A DNA stretch of 64,000 nucleotides from assembly GCA_964353135.1 (NCBI GenBank), contig CAYGTV010000002.1, positions 169,122-233,121 on the forward strand. Direction: 5' to 3'. Shown piece after piece: positions 1 to 9,533 of this stretch. Both the position numbers and the translations under genes were made by a program. The stretch is from an uncultured Candidatus Saccharibacteria bacterium (GTDB lineage: Bacteria > Patescibacteriota > Minisyncoccia > Phycocordibacterales > UBA918). The notes under the pieces were generated by a model. That model had not been told where the DNA came from. It was given only the letters and a program-made list of their open reading frames with translations, and did no database searches. Position 1 is the stretch's first letter, and every line of letters starts with the position of its first letter.

Positions 1-1
1 A

Positions 2-103
2 GCCCGGGCGGCTGAGTTATACAACCTAGAGATTCTTGCTCCAGCGATTCAAGATTTGAAACACAACTACACAACGTTTGTGTCAGCGGTGAGTGGAAAA
101 TAA
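2..103 (+). CDS. 3' end of a prephenate dehydratase-like protein (partial, starts before window)
   Basis: Frame 2 reads ARAAELYNLEILAPAIQDLKHNYTTFVSAVSGK*, resembling the PDT domain end (AAELYGLEIL..IED...NxTRF). It stops without an ACT domain. Confidence 0.6.
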   Translation, partial: ARAAELYNLEILAPAIQDLKHNYTTFVSAVSGK

Positions 104-109
104 ACAACG

Positions 110-135
110 AACCGCCCCGGTGTTCTGGGGCGGTT
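110..135. terminator. Bidirectional hairpin between convergent genes
   Basis: aaccgccccgg-tgtt-ctggggcggtt. Confidence 0.6.
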
Positions 136-139
136 GCTC

Positions 140-277
140 TTACTTGCTGCAACTTGGGCATGGACACAGCATTGTGTTTGCGTTACGCATTGACCACCAG
201 GCAAATAGGAGCCAGGTTTGCGGTGTTTGGGCGAGTGCGTGCATTGATACTTGAGCGTGATATGAACAAGGGATCAT
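140..277 (-). CDS. Small 45-aa Cys-containing hypothetical protein (not in ORF track)
   Basis: AAAGGAGG-ctaaa-ATG; MIPCSYHAQVSMHALAQTPQTWLLFAWWSMRNANTMLCPCPSCSK*; ends at a terminator hairpin. Confidence 0.5.
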   Translation of the reverse strand: MIPCSYHAQVSMHALAQTPQTWLLFAWWSMRNANTMLCPCPSCSK

Positions 278-336
278 TTTAGCCTCCTTTCAGGCTTGAT
301 TTCATCCTACTCCTGCTTTGCAACTCCAGCAATGTA

Positions 337-1866
337 CTACCGTGCGTAACTCACTACTCTGGTTTCACGAATGACATGCACTTTGATTTCCCCTGGGTAA
401 CGGAGTTGCGACTCAATCGTAGTAGCAATTGTTCTAGCTAGGGCATTGGTTTCAAATTCATTGAGAGTCGCTGGGTTTACCAACACGCGGATTTCCCGTC
501 CAGCAGCAATGGCAAAGGCTCGCTCAACACCAACCAGATTTTTTGCAATGTTTTCTAGTTCTGTCAGACGTTTGACATAGTTTTCCATCGAGTCTCGACG
601 AGCACCAGGGCGTGATCCAGAGATACTGTCAGCCACCTGCACTATGATACTCTCTGGTGTTTCGTATGGGTACTCTTCGTGGTGGGCACGCATGGCGAGG
701 ATTACATCAGGTGACACGTTGTATTTCTCCAAGATCCGGATTCCGATTTCCACGTGGGTACCGGCGACTTCGTGACTGACACATTTGCCGATGTCATGCA
801 GAAGGGCACCAGCTCGGGCAACCGCTTCATTTGCACCAATTTCAACCGCAATGATTCCGGCAATGTTTGCCATCTCAACTGAGTGATAGAGTACGTTTTG
901 TCCGTAGCTGGTACGGAAGTGCAGCCGCCCGAGGATGGTGATCAGTTCTGGTGCCAGGTTTGGTACGTTGGCGTCGTAGGCAGCTTTCTCTCCCATAGCA
1001 CGGACTGTTTTGGCGACCTCGGCACGTGCCTGCTCAACTACTTCCTCGATTTTAGCTGGCTGGATACGGCCGTCTTTGAGGAGTTCCTCGAGTGCTACCC
1101 GGGCGATTTCGCGTCGGACTGGGTCAAAGCTTGATAGGACAATGTAGCCTGGTGATTCGTCTACCAGTACGTCTACCCCAGTCGCACGTTCAAACGCTCT
1201 AACGTTTCGACCCTCTTTGCCGATGATCTTGCCTTTTTGTTCCTCTGATTGTAGTTCAACATGGGCTGTCATCAGGTTAGGTGACATGGTGTTACCCACC
1301 CGGTGAATAGCAGCCAGGAGTAGGTTTTGTGCTTTTGCTTCATAGACTTCTTCGCCAGCGCGTTCCATTTTTTCAATCCGCGCTCGTAGGTCTTCGGCTC
1401 GTTCAACTGTTACTTTCTGGAAGACTTGCTCGGCAGCTTCGTCTTTAGTGAGTCCAGCAATCACTTCTAGTTTTCTATCAGCTTCCTCGACGTGCTGATC
1501 TAGTCTGGCTTTGATAGCTTTAATTTCAGCCACTTTTCCTTCCAGGGCTTCTTTTTGAGAGTCGATATCAATCTGTCGCTCATCTAAAAGCTCCTCGCGC
1601 TTGCTGATGCGAGTTTCTTTTTGTTCCAGTTTTTCTTCTAGGTTTTTGCGTTCAGTTTTAGCGTCTTGTTCGATTTTGTCTGCCTTGATTTCAGCTCGCT
1701 CAATGATTGCGTGCGCTTTTTCCTCGGCTTTGAGTTCTCGTTCCTTAATTTCAAGTTCAATCGAATTCTTCTGTGATAGTGCGTGCAAGTATCGAAATAC
1801 GTATCCGCCAATCAGTCCAATCAAGAGCGCGCCACCGAGCGCAAGGGAAAATATCATTGGTGGCAT
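337..1866 (-). CDS. rny: Ribonuclease Y
   Basis: N-terminal TM helix, coiled coil, KH motif KGKIIGKEGRNVRAFE, HD motif LLHDIGK, SRPGARRD. Confidence 0.97.
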   Translation of the reverse strand: MPPMIFSLALGGALLIGLIGGYVFRYLHALSQKNSIELEIKERELKAEEKAHAIIERAEIKADKIEQDAKTERKNLEEKLEQKETRISKREELLDERQIDIDSQKEALEGKVAEIKAIKARLDQHVEEADRKLEVIAGLTKDEAAEQVFQKVTVERAEDLRARIEKMERAGEEVYEAKAQNLLLAAIHRVGNTMSPNLMTAHVELQSEEQKGKIIGKEGRNVRAFERATGVDVLVDESPGYIVLSSFDPVRREIARVALEELLKDGRIQPAKIEEVVEQARAEVAKTVRAMGEKAAYDANVPNLAPELITILGRLHFRTSYGQNVLYHSVEMANIAGIIAVEIGANEAVARAGALLHDIGKCVSHEVAGTHVEIGIRILEKYNVSPDVILAMRAHHEEYPYETPESIIVQVADSISGSRPGARRDSMENYVKRLTELENIAKNLVGVERAFAIAAGREIRVLVNPATLNEFETNALARTIATTIESQLRYPGEIKVHVIRETRVVSYAR

Positions 1867-1964
1867 AGTGTCTGTGTTCTATTCAATAAATCAATCGTAT
1901 CTGTGTAATCAAACTGTACTGGATTTTGTGAGGTTTGTAAACGATGCGGTGATATTATTACAAA

Positions 1965-2459
1965 ATGAATTATGCCAAGTTATTTCTTTATACAAATGTA
2001 AGCGCACTAGCTATATGTGTGCTTTCTGCCGTCTTGTTTTTAAATGGTCCTCAGTTTTGGTACGACCTCGGTCGACCTTTGTATCTGGCATACATTGCCT
2101 ATTTTGATATATTTTGGTCGTTGGCGTACCTGCTACCTATTTTTGCGCTGTGGTGTTTGGTTAGACTATACATGCTGAGCTTTTCGCTCAAATTATTCAT
2201 TGTGAACCTTATTCCCCTTGGTTTGCTCATTCCTTTAGGACTCACTGCTTGTACTAACTACTTTTTTGTAACTCCGGCTGTGTATATTATTGCAAGTATC
2301 GTTGTGTGTATTTATACCTTCAAGAAAGTAAAATTAATGAGGTGGTCACCTGAGTATGGAAAATCAACTCTTGCTATATGGTATTGCTGGCAGGTCGTCA
2401 TTGTAATTCCTGCACTAACGAGCGTTATGCTAATTGCTTCTTTTGCTTGCTACATGTAG
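1965..2459 (+). CDS. Hypothetical multi-pass membrane protein
   Basis: 164 aa, several hydrophobic segments, AT-rich, fills the gap between rny and a terminator. Confidence 0.6.
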   Translation: MNYAKLFLYTNVSALAICVLSAVLFLNGPQFWYDLGRPLYLAYIAYFDIFWSLAYLLPIFALWCLVRLYMLSFSLKLFIVNLIPLGLLIPLGLTACTNYFFVTPAVYIIASIVVCIYTFKKVKLMRWSPEYGKSTLAIWYCWQVVIVIPALTSVMLIASFACYM

Positions 2460-2489
2460 AGATAAAACATAAATAAGATATACCGATTA

Positions 2490-2530
2490 AAATAAGAAAA
2501 CCGACGCTAGTGCGTCGGTTTTCTTATTTT
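2490..2530. terminator. Bidirectional intrinsic terminator
   Basis: aataagaaaaccgacgc-tagt-gcgtcggttttcttatt between convergent genes. Confidence 0.8.
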
Positions 2531-2545
2531 TTTTGGTCGAGCGGT

Positions 2546-3160
2546 CTACTTGTAAACTTTATCTACAATCCCGTATTTTTTTGATTCTTCGGCATCCATC
2601 CAGAAGTCACGCTCCATATCCGCTTCGATTTTAGCCAGTTTCTGACCGGTAGCTTTGGCCATCATTTTGTTCAGTCGTTCACGAGTTTTAATGATGTGTT
2701 TGGCGGTAATGTCGATGTCGGACGCTTGTCCATACGCTCCGCCTGATGGTTGGTGAATCATTACTTCGGCGTTTGGTAGCATGTACCGCTTGTCTTTGGC
2801 TCCTTGCGACAGGATCATTGACCCCATTGAAGCTGCCATTCCCATACAAACAGTCGCTACGTCTGGTTTGATGTGGTGCATGGTGTCGATGATCGACATT
2901 CCGGCTGATACGCTCCCTCCTGGCGAATTCACATAGAGGGTGATGTCTTTGTTTTGGTCTTCCGCCTCAAGGAATAGTAGCTGCGCTACGATTAGGTTAG
3001 CCATTTCGTCTCGAATTTCTCCGCTGACAAAAATAATCCGTTCCTTGAGTAGTCGTGAGTAGATGTCAAATGAGCGTTCGCCGCCGGCGGTCTTTTCAAT
3101 CACCATCGGGACGAGGTAGTCAGCTGGGTGTTGTGAGTCTTTTTTCATTTCCATATTCAT
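2546..3160 (-). CDS. clpP: ATP-dependent Clp protease proteolytic subunit
   Basis: [27 protein letters not shown] (catalytic Ser), MIHQP (His), ERDFWM. Confidence 0.98.
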   Translation of the reverse strand: MNMEMKKDSQHPADYLVPMVIEKTAGGERSFDIYSRLLKERIIFVSGEIRDEMANLIVAQLLFLEAEDQNKDITLYVNSPGGSVSAGMSIIDTMHHIKPDVATVCMGMAASMGSMILSQGAKDKRYMLPNAEVMIHQPSGGAYGQASDIDITAKHIIKTRERLNKMMAKATGQKLAKIEADMERDFWMDAEESKKYGIVDKVYK

Positions 3161-3345
3161 AAAGTAAGTTTCAAATTCAAATTATCCAATTGCAGGTTCG
3201 CTGCAAGAGTTATGGTAGCAAATAGTACTAAATAAACAAAACTTATTTCATTTGTAAAAAAAGATAAGTAGGGATATAGTTGCTAACGGGACGCACATTG
3301 TTCGTTCTATATACCAAACAAACGAAACCAACAAGGAGATTAACC

Positions 3346-4110
3346 ATGACGGTACATCCTCGTGCGGCAGATTTTATCGCCCTCCAAGAAACTTGCGATG
3401 CAGTCCAGGCAGCAAAAATCGGTAGCACCAATGATTCCGAAGTTCTGAAAACTACAGAGGCTTGGTATCAGCAAGATCGTGCTGATCTGATCACTGATCT
3501 TCAGCAGATCGGTGTTGAACCCCTCGCGATTCTGCGGGGTGACCATTGGGCGGAAATCCGCCAACTCTATGGTTTGTATGATCTTCAGATGCTCAATGGC
3601 TACATCCGGGTCAAGATGCCTGCTGGCTGGAAAGAAAGTAAGGTCGTTGTTTCAGAAGCTGTCGGCTATGAAGGCCAGGAGGCTCATTATCAGCAATACA
3701 GCTCATTGGCCTTGCGTCAATCAGCAACACTCGAAGACGCTGATCTCCTGCGCTTGCTAATGCCAGAACTCACTTCACGACAGTGGGGCGGGGAAATTTT
3801 GTCAGATGACCTGACCGTGTCAATTGAACTGGCACCTCCGCCAGTTCGTGCGCAAGTGACCTGGCACAGATTGCAAAATTCTGGTGCTCCGGTTCACATC
3901 GCAGCCGACAAAAGCGCTATTGCATTCAGCCCGCCGCTAAATGATCAGTTGCGTGGGGGTAACGAAGCGATTCAGCATAAGGTACGGCGCTGGAAAGACT
4001 TTGAACCAATCATCGCCGTTCCAAAGGGTTCCGCTGTCGCTTTGGTTGATCAATGGGGTAACTACCTCTTTGAAAAAATTGCTGTTTCCCAAGCAATTAA
4101 CGCTGGTTAA
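3346..4110 (+). CDS. Hypothetical protein (orphan cassette gene)
   Basis: Long ORF. Start reassigned to ATG 3346 after AAGGAG; followed by a terminator. Confidence 0.7.
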   Translation: MTVHPRAADFIALQETCDAVQAAKIGSTNDSEVLKTTEAWYQQDRADLITDLQQIGVEPLAILRGDHWAEIRQLYGLYDLQMLNGYIRVKMPAGWKESKVVVSEAVGYEGQEAHYQQYSSLALRQSATLEDADLLRLLMPELTSRQWGGEILSDDLTVSIELAPPPVRAQVTWHRLQNSGAPVHIAADKSAIAFSPPLNDQLRGGNEAIQHKVRRWKDFEPIIAVPKGSAVALVDQWGNYLFEKIAVSQAINAG

Positions 4111-4129
4111 TTAACTGGTTTATGAGAAC

Positions 4130-4161
4130 GAAAAGGCCCCGCACGTTGCGGGGCCTTTTTC
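4130..4161. terminator. Bidirectional intrinsic terminator
   Basis: gaaaaggccccgca-cgt-tgcggggcctttttc. Confidence 0.8.
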
Positions 4162-5319
4162 TTATACAGTCTCTAAGTGTTTCATCACGCTTTCGTTCAA
4201 TAGCATTGAGGCTACATACAATCGGACTCGGTGGACGTCTGCGTCCTTGAATCGTTCTTTGAGTTGAGCTGTTTGGGCTTCAACTTCAGCTGCGTCTGGA
4301 GTAATCTGCTTGTCCTTGGCGATTTCGTTGAGGACAAGCTGTAGTTTTGCTCGCGTTTCTGCTGCTGGTTTCCACTCGGCGGCTAGGTCTTCTTTGGTTT
4401 TTTTGATGTGTGTCAGGTAATCATCCATTTTCAGTTCTGATCGTTTGAGATCGTCTTCCATTTGGGCGAACATCTGGTTGATTTCTGAATCAATCAGGAT
4501 CTGAGGAAGTGTCATTTCAGTCTTTGCGATGATGCCGTCTGTGATGTCGGCTCGGTGTTTGGCGGCTACCTGTTGTTTCTTCTCTATCTCGAGATGTTCT
4601 CGTAGGCCTTTTTTAAATCCTTCCACATTTTCAAACTGTCCTGGTTGTCCAAGGGTTTTGACGTATTCGTCAGTTAACTCTGGTAGTGGAGCCTCATTGT
4701 CAGCATCCACTTTTGCCTGCACTTCTTCCATAGATTGTTTTTTCTCCTCACCCTCTTCTCCGTTTTCCTTACTCGCAGCTTCAGCTTTGCTGATTTCCTG
4801 CATCCGGTCGTAGGCCCGCTTTGATTTTTGGATTTCTTTGATCTTTTCTTCTAGCTCCTCGTCTGACACTTCGTCAGTTGGTTTTGCTAGGTTGATTTCT
4901 TTGGCGATTGATTCGTAGTCAGGTAGGGAAAATTTTGGTACTACCGCTACTGTGGCAGTGAACCCCAGTGGGTTTTCTGGGGCGATTTTAGTCACCTCGA
5001 TTTGTGGGTGACCAATGGCGTCGATTTCTAGTTCCTCTAGGATGTGTGGGTATGAGTGAGCGATCGCTCGTTCTGCCATTTCGGTCAAAATGTTCATCTC
5101 ACCGACATGTTTTTCTAGTACCGCTGATGGCACATGACCCTTACGGAATCCGTCTAGTTCAACGTTTTTCCCGAGTGTCACTAAAGCTGCGTTTCGCTCA
5201 CTCGCGAGTTCTACGTACGGCAATTCACCGCTGATTTTAACCATAGAATCTGGCAGCTCTTCTACCGTAAAAGCGTCTTTCCAATTAATGTTGTGTTCGT
5301 GTTTTTTAGTATCTGACAT
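4162..5319 (-). CDS. tig: Trigger factor
   Basis: Ribosome-binding motif GFRKGHVP and C-terminal chaperone domain; PPIase region looks reduced; upstream of clpP. Confidence 0.93.
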   Translation of the reverse strand: MSDTKKHEHNINWKDAFTVEELPDSMVKISGELPYVELASERNAALVTLGKNVELDGFRKGHVPSAVLEKHVGEMNILTEMAERAIAHSYPHILEELEIDAIGHPQIEVTKIAPENPLGFTATVAVVPKFSLPDYESIAKEINLAKPTDEVSDEELEEKIKEIQKSKRAYDRMQEISKAEAASKENGEEGEEKKQSMEEVQAKVDADNEAPLPELTDEYVKTLGQPGQFENVEGFKKGLREHLEIEKKQQVAAKHRADITDGIIAKTEMTLPQILIDSEINQMFAQMEDDLKRSELKMDDYLTHIKKTKEDLAAEWKPAAETRAKLQLVLNEIAKDKQITPDAAEVEAQTAQLKERFKDADVHRVRLYVASMLLNESVMKHLETV

Positions 5320-5376
5320 AGTGGTTGGTAGTGTACGAAATTGAGAGCGAAATGCAAGGGAAAAGCCGCCGCCAGT

Positions 5377-5613
5377 TCATGATGACTGTTTGCGGCGGCC
5401 CTTGAGCGCAAGACATTCCAGTGTTTGCTTCAAAATGTACGTTTCTAAGCGTTCATTCCATAAAGCAGTTTTCACTTTTTTGAGGATGTCTATGAGAATT
5501 TCTTGGTACTGTGGTTCCAGTTTAAGAAGTTTCTCTAGATCTTCTTGCTTTTTTGTGAGGATTGCAATCATTCTCTGATTTAGTGCAATCCTCTGGGTAA
5601 TGATTTGTTCCAT
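5377..5613 (-). CDS. Hypothetical coiled-coil protein (orphan cassette gene)
   Basis: AGGAGGAG SD and TTGACG-17-TATAAA promoter upstream. Confidence 0.6.
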   Translation of the reverse strand: MEQIITQRIALNQRMIAILTKKQEDLEKLLKLEPQYQEILIDILKKVKTALWNERLETYILKQTLECLALKGRRKQSS

Positions 5614-5662
5614 ACCCGTCTCCTCCTAATAGTTTTATAATCAAAATTTAGCAACACGTCAA

Positions 5663-5702
5663 GAAAACCAGCTCGAATCCAAAGTGATTCGAGCTGGTTT
5701 TT
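5663..5702. terminator. Intrinsic terminator
   Basis: aaaaccagctcgaatc...gattcgagctggtttt. Confidence 0.75.
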
Positions 5703-5722
5703 GACGTCTTTGTAGTGTGTGT

Positions 5723-6151
5723 TTAGAACTCTTCGCTCAAGGCTGCCTCCAACTCAGCATCAATGGCGGTTAGTTCTGCATCAAGGGTATCTAGGTCTGT
5801 TGCCTCAATATCAGCTTCAATGGCCGCGATTTCATCAGATGTACTGAGCGCTGCTTGAGTTTCTACTGCGGCTTCAGCTGTAGTACTTTCAGGCTCGTTA
5901 TTTTCTTCTGCTGTTGGTCGCTCTACTGCTGGTGCTTCCACTTGGGTTGTTAGCTGACTAAACCAGTAGTACATACCAGCCAAGATTGCGATCAGTAGAA
6001 TTGCCAACAAGGCGATCACTAGTCCGTGTAGGGGCGCTGATTCCTTACTGGCCGCGGAATTCGACAGCTGACTATTTTCTGGCATTTTCATTTCTTCTCC
6101 TGTCAGATCTGGTGCTTGTACGTGGGTGTCGTTCATTTCTTTTGGATCCAT
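5723..6151 (-). CDS. Single-TM acidic hypothetical protein
   Basis: One TM helix and an acidic C-terminus (STSDEIAAIEADIEATDLDTLDAEL) of a type recalled from CPR proteins. Confidence 0.75.
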   Translation of the reverse strand: MDPKEMNDTHVQAPDLTGEEMKMPENSQLSNSAASKESAPLHGLVIALLAILLIAILAGMYYWFSQLTTQVEAPAVERPTAEENNEPESTTAEAAVETQAALSTSDEIAAIEADIEATDLDTLDAELTAIDAELEAALSEEF

Positions 6152-6163
6152 AGTAGTTATGAC

Positions 6164-7030
6164 TTATTCAGCTGAAGTTTCAACTGCTGTTTCGCTAGTA
6201 ACATCTGCCCCAGCAGTACTGCTTTCATTACGAACAGCTGCTGATGCACCACGCTCCCTCTCCATTGTTTGAGCTGCTTCTTTGAGAGCTGCAACTGACG
6301 CTTTAATTTCTGTGTGCGCAGTCCGCAGTTGTTCTCGGATACTCTGGTACGAGGCTTTTACTGAAGTCCAGCTTGATCGAGGGTCTTCGGAGGTAACTGC
6401 TGATTGTACTACCACGTCGATTGTTGCAAGGTTGTTGACGGCTGCGTTAAGTGAAATTTGCGCCGACTCAAGGGCCGCTTTTGCCTCGGCAGTATCGAGT
6501 CCAGCTTCGTTTAGTTTTTCAATTCGGGAATCTAGTCGGGTAATGATGTCCTGAATTCGGGCAGCTGCCCCGTCCATTTTGTTACTAACATTAGCTGCCA
6601 GGTTTGTGATACGTTCGCTCGCACGCTCTGAAAGGGCTGCTCGGCGTTCTTCTCGTTGTGCTTCCATTTGTGTTCGCATTTCCTCACGCTGTTCGCTGGC
6701 ACTTGCTCGAGCAGCTTCGATTCCAGCTTCACGCTCAGCGCGGGTGGCTTCACGTTCTGATTCGATTTCTGATCGTGTGTCTTGTCGGGCTGCTTCGGCT
6801 TCGGCGCGGGTTTCTAACGCAGCTTGTCGGTTTGCCTCAATTGACTCTCGGGCTGCTTCTCGTTCTGCCTGGACGTCTGATCGGTTAGAGCTTGCTTCAA
6901 CAGCAGTTTCTTCAGCATCTGATGTAGTTGGTTCGCTGTCTTCTTGAGCAAACGCTACTCCAGATAGAAGAAAAGCCGCAATCAGAGTCGCAAGTAGTGC
7001 TTTGGAGGTTGGTAATAGTGCTGTGTTCAT
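6164..7030 (-). CDS. Secreted coiled-coil protein
   Basis: Signal peptide ending AFA-Q and a long Arg/Glu/Ala helical region. Confidence 0.75.
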   Translation of the reverse strand: MNTALLPTSKALLATLIAAFLLSGVAFAQEDSEPTTSDAEETAVEASSNRSDVQAEREAARESIEANRQAALETRAEAEAARQDTRSEIESEREATRAEREAGIEAARASASEQREEMRTQMEAQREERRAALSERASERITNLAANVSNKMDGAAARIQDIITRLDSRIEKLNEAGLDTAEAKAALESAQISLNAAVNNLATIDVVVQSAVTSEDPRSSWTSVKASYQSIREQLRTAHTEIKASVAALKEAAQTMERERGASAAVRNESSTAGADVTSETAVETSAE

Positions 7031-7063
7031 AATGTGTAATATCCTTGATTAGTATGACAGTAA

Positions 7064-7103
7064 GTATAGCGCCGCTGGGGTCAGGACCCCAGCGGCGCTA
7101 TAC
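7064..7103. repeat. Perfect GC-rich inverted repeat (19-bp arms)
   Basis: gtatagcgccgctggggtc-ag-gaccccagcggcgctatac. Confidence 0.85.
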
Positions 7104-7122
7104 ACATTATTATGTTAGTTTT

Positions 7123-8037
7123 TTAGACTTTTAGGTTCGGGACGATCTGCTTTTTACGAGAAACAATGCCAGGAAGTACTTCGGTATCAGACTCAACCGA
7201 GACACCAAAGGATTTCTCTATGATTTGTTTTACTGCGTCATTGTAAGTGAATACAGTTGCTTCTTCGTTTAAAATGTCGACGGCAAAGAAGAGCACCTCG
7301 TCTACATCACCTTCGGCGGCTTTAATTTCCTCTATTGCGTCCACAATTTCACCCTTTCTCTCCAGTACACTTGAAGGATTAGTGGTTTCGATCACTGAGA
7401 CACGCAAGTTAACGCCACCTATTTCTAGTTTTTTACTGTCCATTTTAACTAGTCCGCTGCCACTAAAATCACTAATATCGCTTTTAGCAGCAAACATTTC
7501 GTTTGCATATGATTCGATATCTACGCCCAGTTTTGCAGCTAGTTTTTCGGCGATGTCTTTGTCGTGAGGGGTCGTAGTTGGACTACGGAATTGTAGGGTG
7601 TCAGATAGAATGCAAGACAACATGATTCCCGCGATGTGTTCTGGTAGTTCTATATCACCCATCAGACCGTGCATAACGCTCACAGTTGATGCGAGTGGTT
7701 TCATCGTGATCGTTAGTGGTCCTGGTGTTTCTAGTCCGCCAATGAGTTTGTGATGATCGATTATCTCAAGGATATTAGCTTCGTTAATGTTTGAAAACAA
7801 TTCTTGTGGGTTGTTGGTATCCACGATCACTATGTCGTCCCCGGCTGTGACTGACTCGAGTAGGGTGGGGGTGTCCACATTCCAGCGGCTCAACACAAAC
7901 TGCGTTTCTTTGTTGAGGTCACCCAGTACGTATGCGGTAGCGTCTTTGCCAGTTTTTTCTGACAAATACCACGCCCACACAATAGCGCTTCCGGTGGCGT
8001 CGGTGTCTGGTGATAGGTGGCCAAATACTTTGATCAT
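7123..8037 (-). CDS. ppaC: Manganese-dependent inorganic pyrophosphatase (family II)
   Basis: GHLSPDTD, IVD, IDHH, ILSDTL, SRKKQIVP. Confidence 0.95.
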   Translation of the reverse strand: MIKVFGHLSPDTDATGSAIVWAWYLSEKTGKDATAYVLGDLNKETQFVLSRWNVDTPTLLESVTAGDDIVIVDTNNPQELFSNINEANILEIIDHHKLIGGLETPGPLTITMKPLASTVSVMHGLMGDIELPEHIAGIMLSCILSDTLQFRSPTTTPHDKDIAEKLAAKLGVDIESYANEMFAAKSDISDFSGSGLVKMDSKKLEIGGVNLRVSVIETTNPSSVLERKGEIVDAIEEIKAAEGDVDEVLFFAVDILNEEATVFTYNDAVKQIIEKSFGVSVESDTEVLPGIVSRKKQIVPNLKV

Positions 8038-8150
8038 AGAGAATATAGACTAAGAATAATGATGGTATGGTAGCGTAATTTCAGCAGAAGGGAAAGAAAA
8101 TGACCGCCCAGAGGGCGATCATTAATTTCATCCATGATTCAATTGCTGAA

Positions 8151-9377
8151 TCATTGCTCAGTTGGTGCAGACAGTACTGCCGGGTCGAATGTCACCCCGA
8201 GCGCGTCTGCAGCAGCTGTAAACAGCTGCGCATCGTTTGCAAGGTATAAACATAGTGCCAACCCAGCCAACATTGGAATAATCAAGACTGTGTACAATAA
8301 ACCTTCTTGTACTTGGTTTTTGCCACGAATTCCTGGTATCCAGGATATGCTTGCGAGCAGGCCTCGTGGCAGGTCCTCATAATCAAGAGTGTCTGTGAAT
8401 ACCACGATTGCAACCAGTGATGAAAAAACGAACACTGGCGCCCCTAGCATAATCAGACTGAGGTTTTCGTAGAAGTCTTGTAGACTTTCCGCCGGCGGCG
8501 CCATGGCACCAGCAAACGGAGAAGAAATGAATGCTCCGACAAACAAACCAAATCCATCCAACAGCGGTTGTATCAGAGGCGCCAACCCAGCGCTCTGTAC
8601 AATCACTGCGAGCAGAATCAGACCGAGCGCATTTTGCGCACCGTCTTTTATTTCATGGGCAAATTTGTCTACCAGGTGCAGCGTCTTGCGACGCAGTGCC
8701 GTGTACAGCAAAAGAATCCCAATGCACAATAGAGGTGAATGCGTCACAATGATCAAGGTAAGGGCTACGGTGAACTCGATCCCTGCCTGTAGTTGCTCAC
8801 TGTCCATTTCAACCGGTTCCATTTTGACTGGATACATCCAGGCAACAATTGTCGCGAGAATAATCGAGTATGGTGTCAAAACCAGTAGCAACGGAAAGCC
8901 GGCATTCCAAACGTCTAGGTTGTTGGTGATGTAGTAGGGTAGTCCCCAGAGCTCACCCAGATAGAAGCCGCCACCGACAGTCAGTGCAGCAAACGCCGCT
9001 GTAACTTTGACGACAAATTGGTTGAAGCGACTGTTGGTATGTTCCAGGGGAAGAAAGATAATTCCTGAGGCCAACAAAAGTACAACGGCAAAACTATCAA
9101 AGAGCAGACTGATGTGACCGCTAAACACGATCAACCAGAACGTGCTCCAAAACGGTGATCGATGTGTGAAAACTGGCATCCGCAACCCACAGTAGGCTAC
9201 GACGGCTGTGAGATAGACTGCGACCCACAGTGTTTCAGTAACTGGTGTGTGCAGGATATGCTCATGACGTAGGTATGCTCCACCGGCCCAGTAAATCAGT
9301 ATGCTCCCAAGTAAATACCCGAGAATGATGCCATCCATACCCAGAATGGGTTTAGGTGATTCAGTTTGTGAGTCCAT
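8151..9377 (-). CDS. Polytopic membrane protein, possibly ion-transporter superfamily
   Basis: About 11-12 hydrophobic segments, SLLFDSFAVV and TVGGG..GE motifs; GGGAG SD and TTGACA promoter. Confidence 0.55.
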   Translation of the reverse strand: MDSQTESPKPILGMDGIILGYLLGSILIYWAGGAYLRHEHILHTPVTETLWVAVYLTAVVAYCGLRMPVFTHRSPFWSTFWLIVFSGHISLLFDSFAVVLLLASGIIFLPLEHTNSRFNQFVVKVTAAFAALTVGGGFYLGELWGLPYYITNNLDVWNAGFPLLLVLTPYSIILATIVAWMYPVKMEPVEMDSEQLQAGIEFTVALTLIIVTHSPLLCIGILLLYTALRRKTLHLVDKFAHEIKDGAQNALGLILLAVIVQSAGLAPLIQPLLDGFGLFVGAFISSPFAGAMAPPAESLQDFYENLSLIMLGAPVFVFSSLVAIVVFTDTLDYEDLPRGLLASISWIPGIRGKNQVQEGLLYTVLIIPMLAGLALCLYLANDAQLFTAAADALGVTFDPAVLSAPTEQ

Positions 9378-9533
9378 CAGAGGTCTCCCTTCTTTAGTGG
9401 TTAAAGATCAGGTCACCTCGACCTGATCATATATGATGTAAGTCGATTGACGTGGCTAGCATGCCCAACCGTTGTTATGATGTCAAGAAAACCGACCGGC
9501 ACCTTTGGGTACCGGTCGGTTTTCAGTTGTCGT

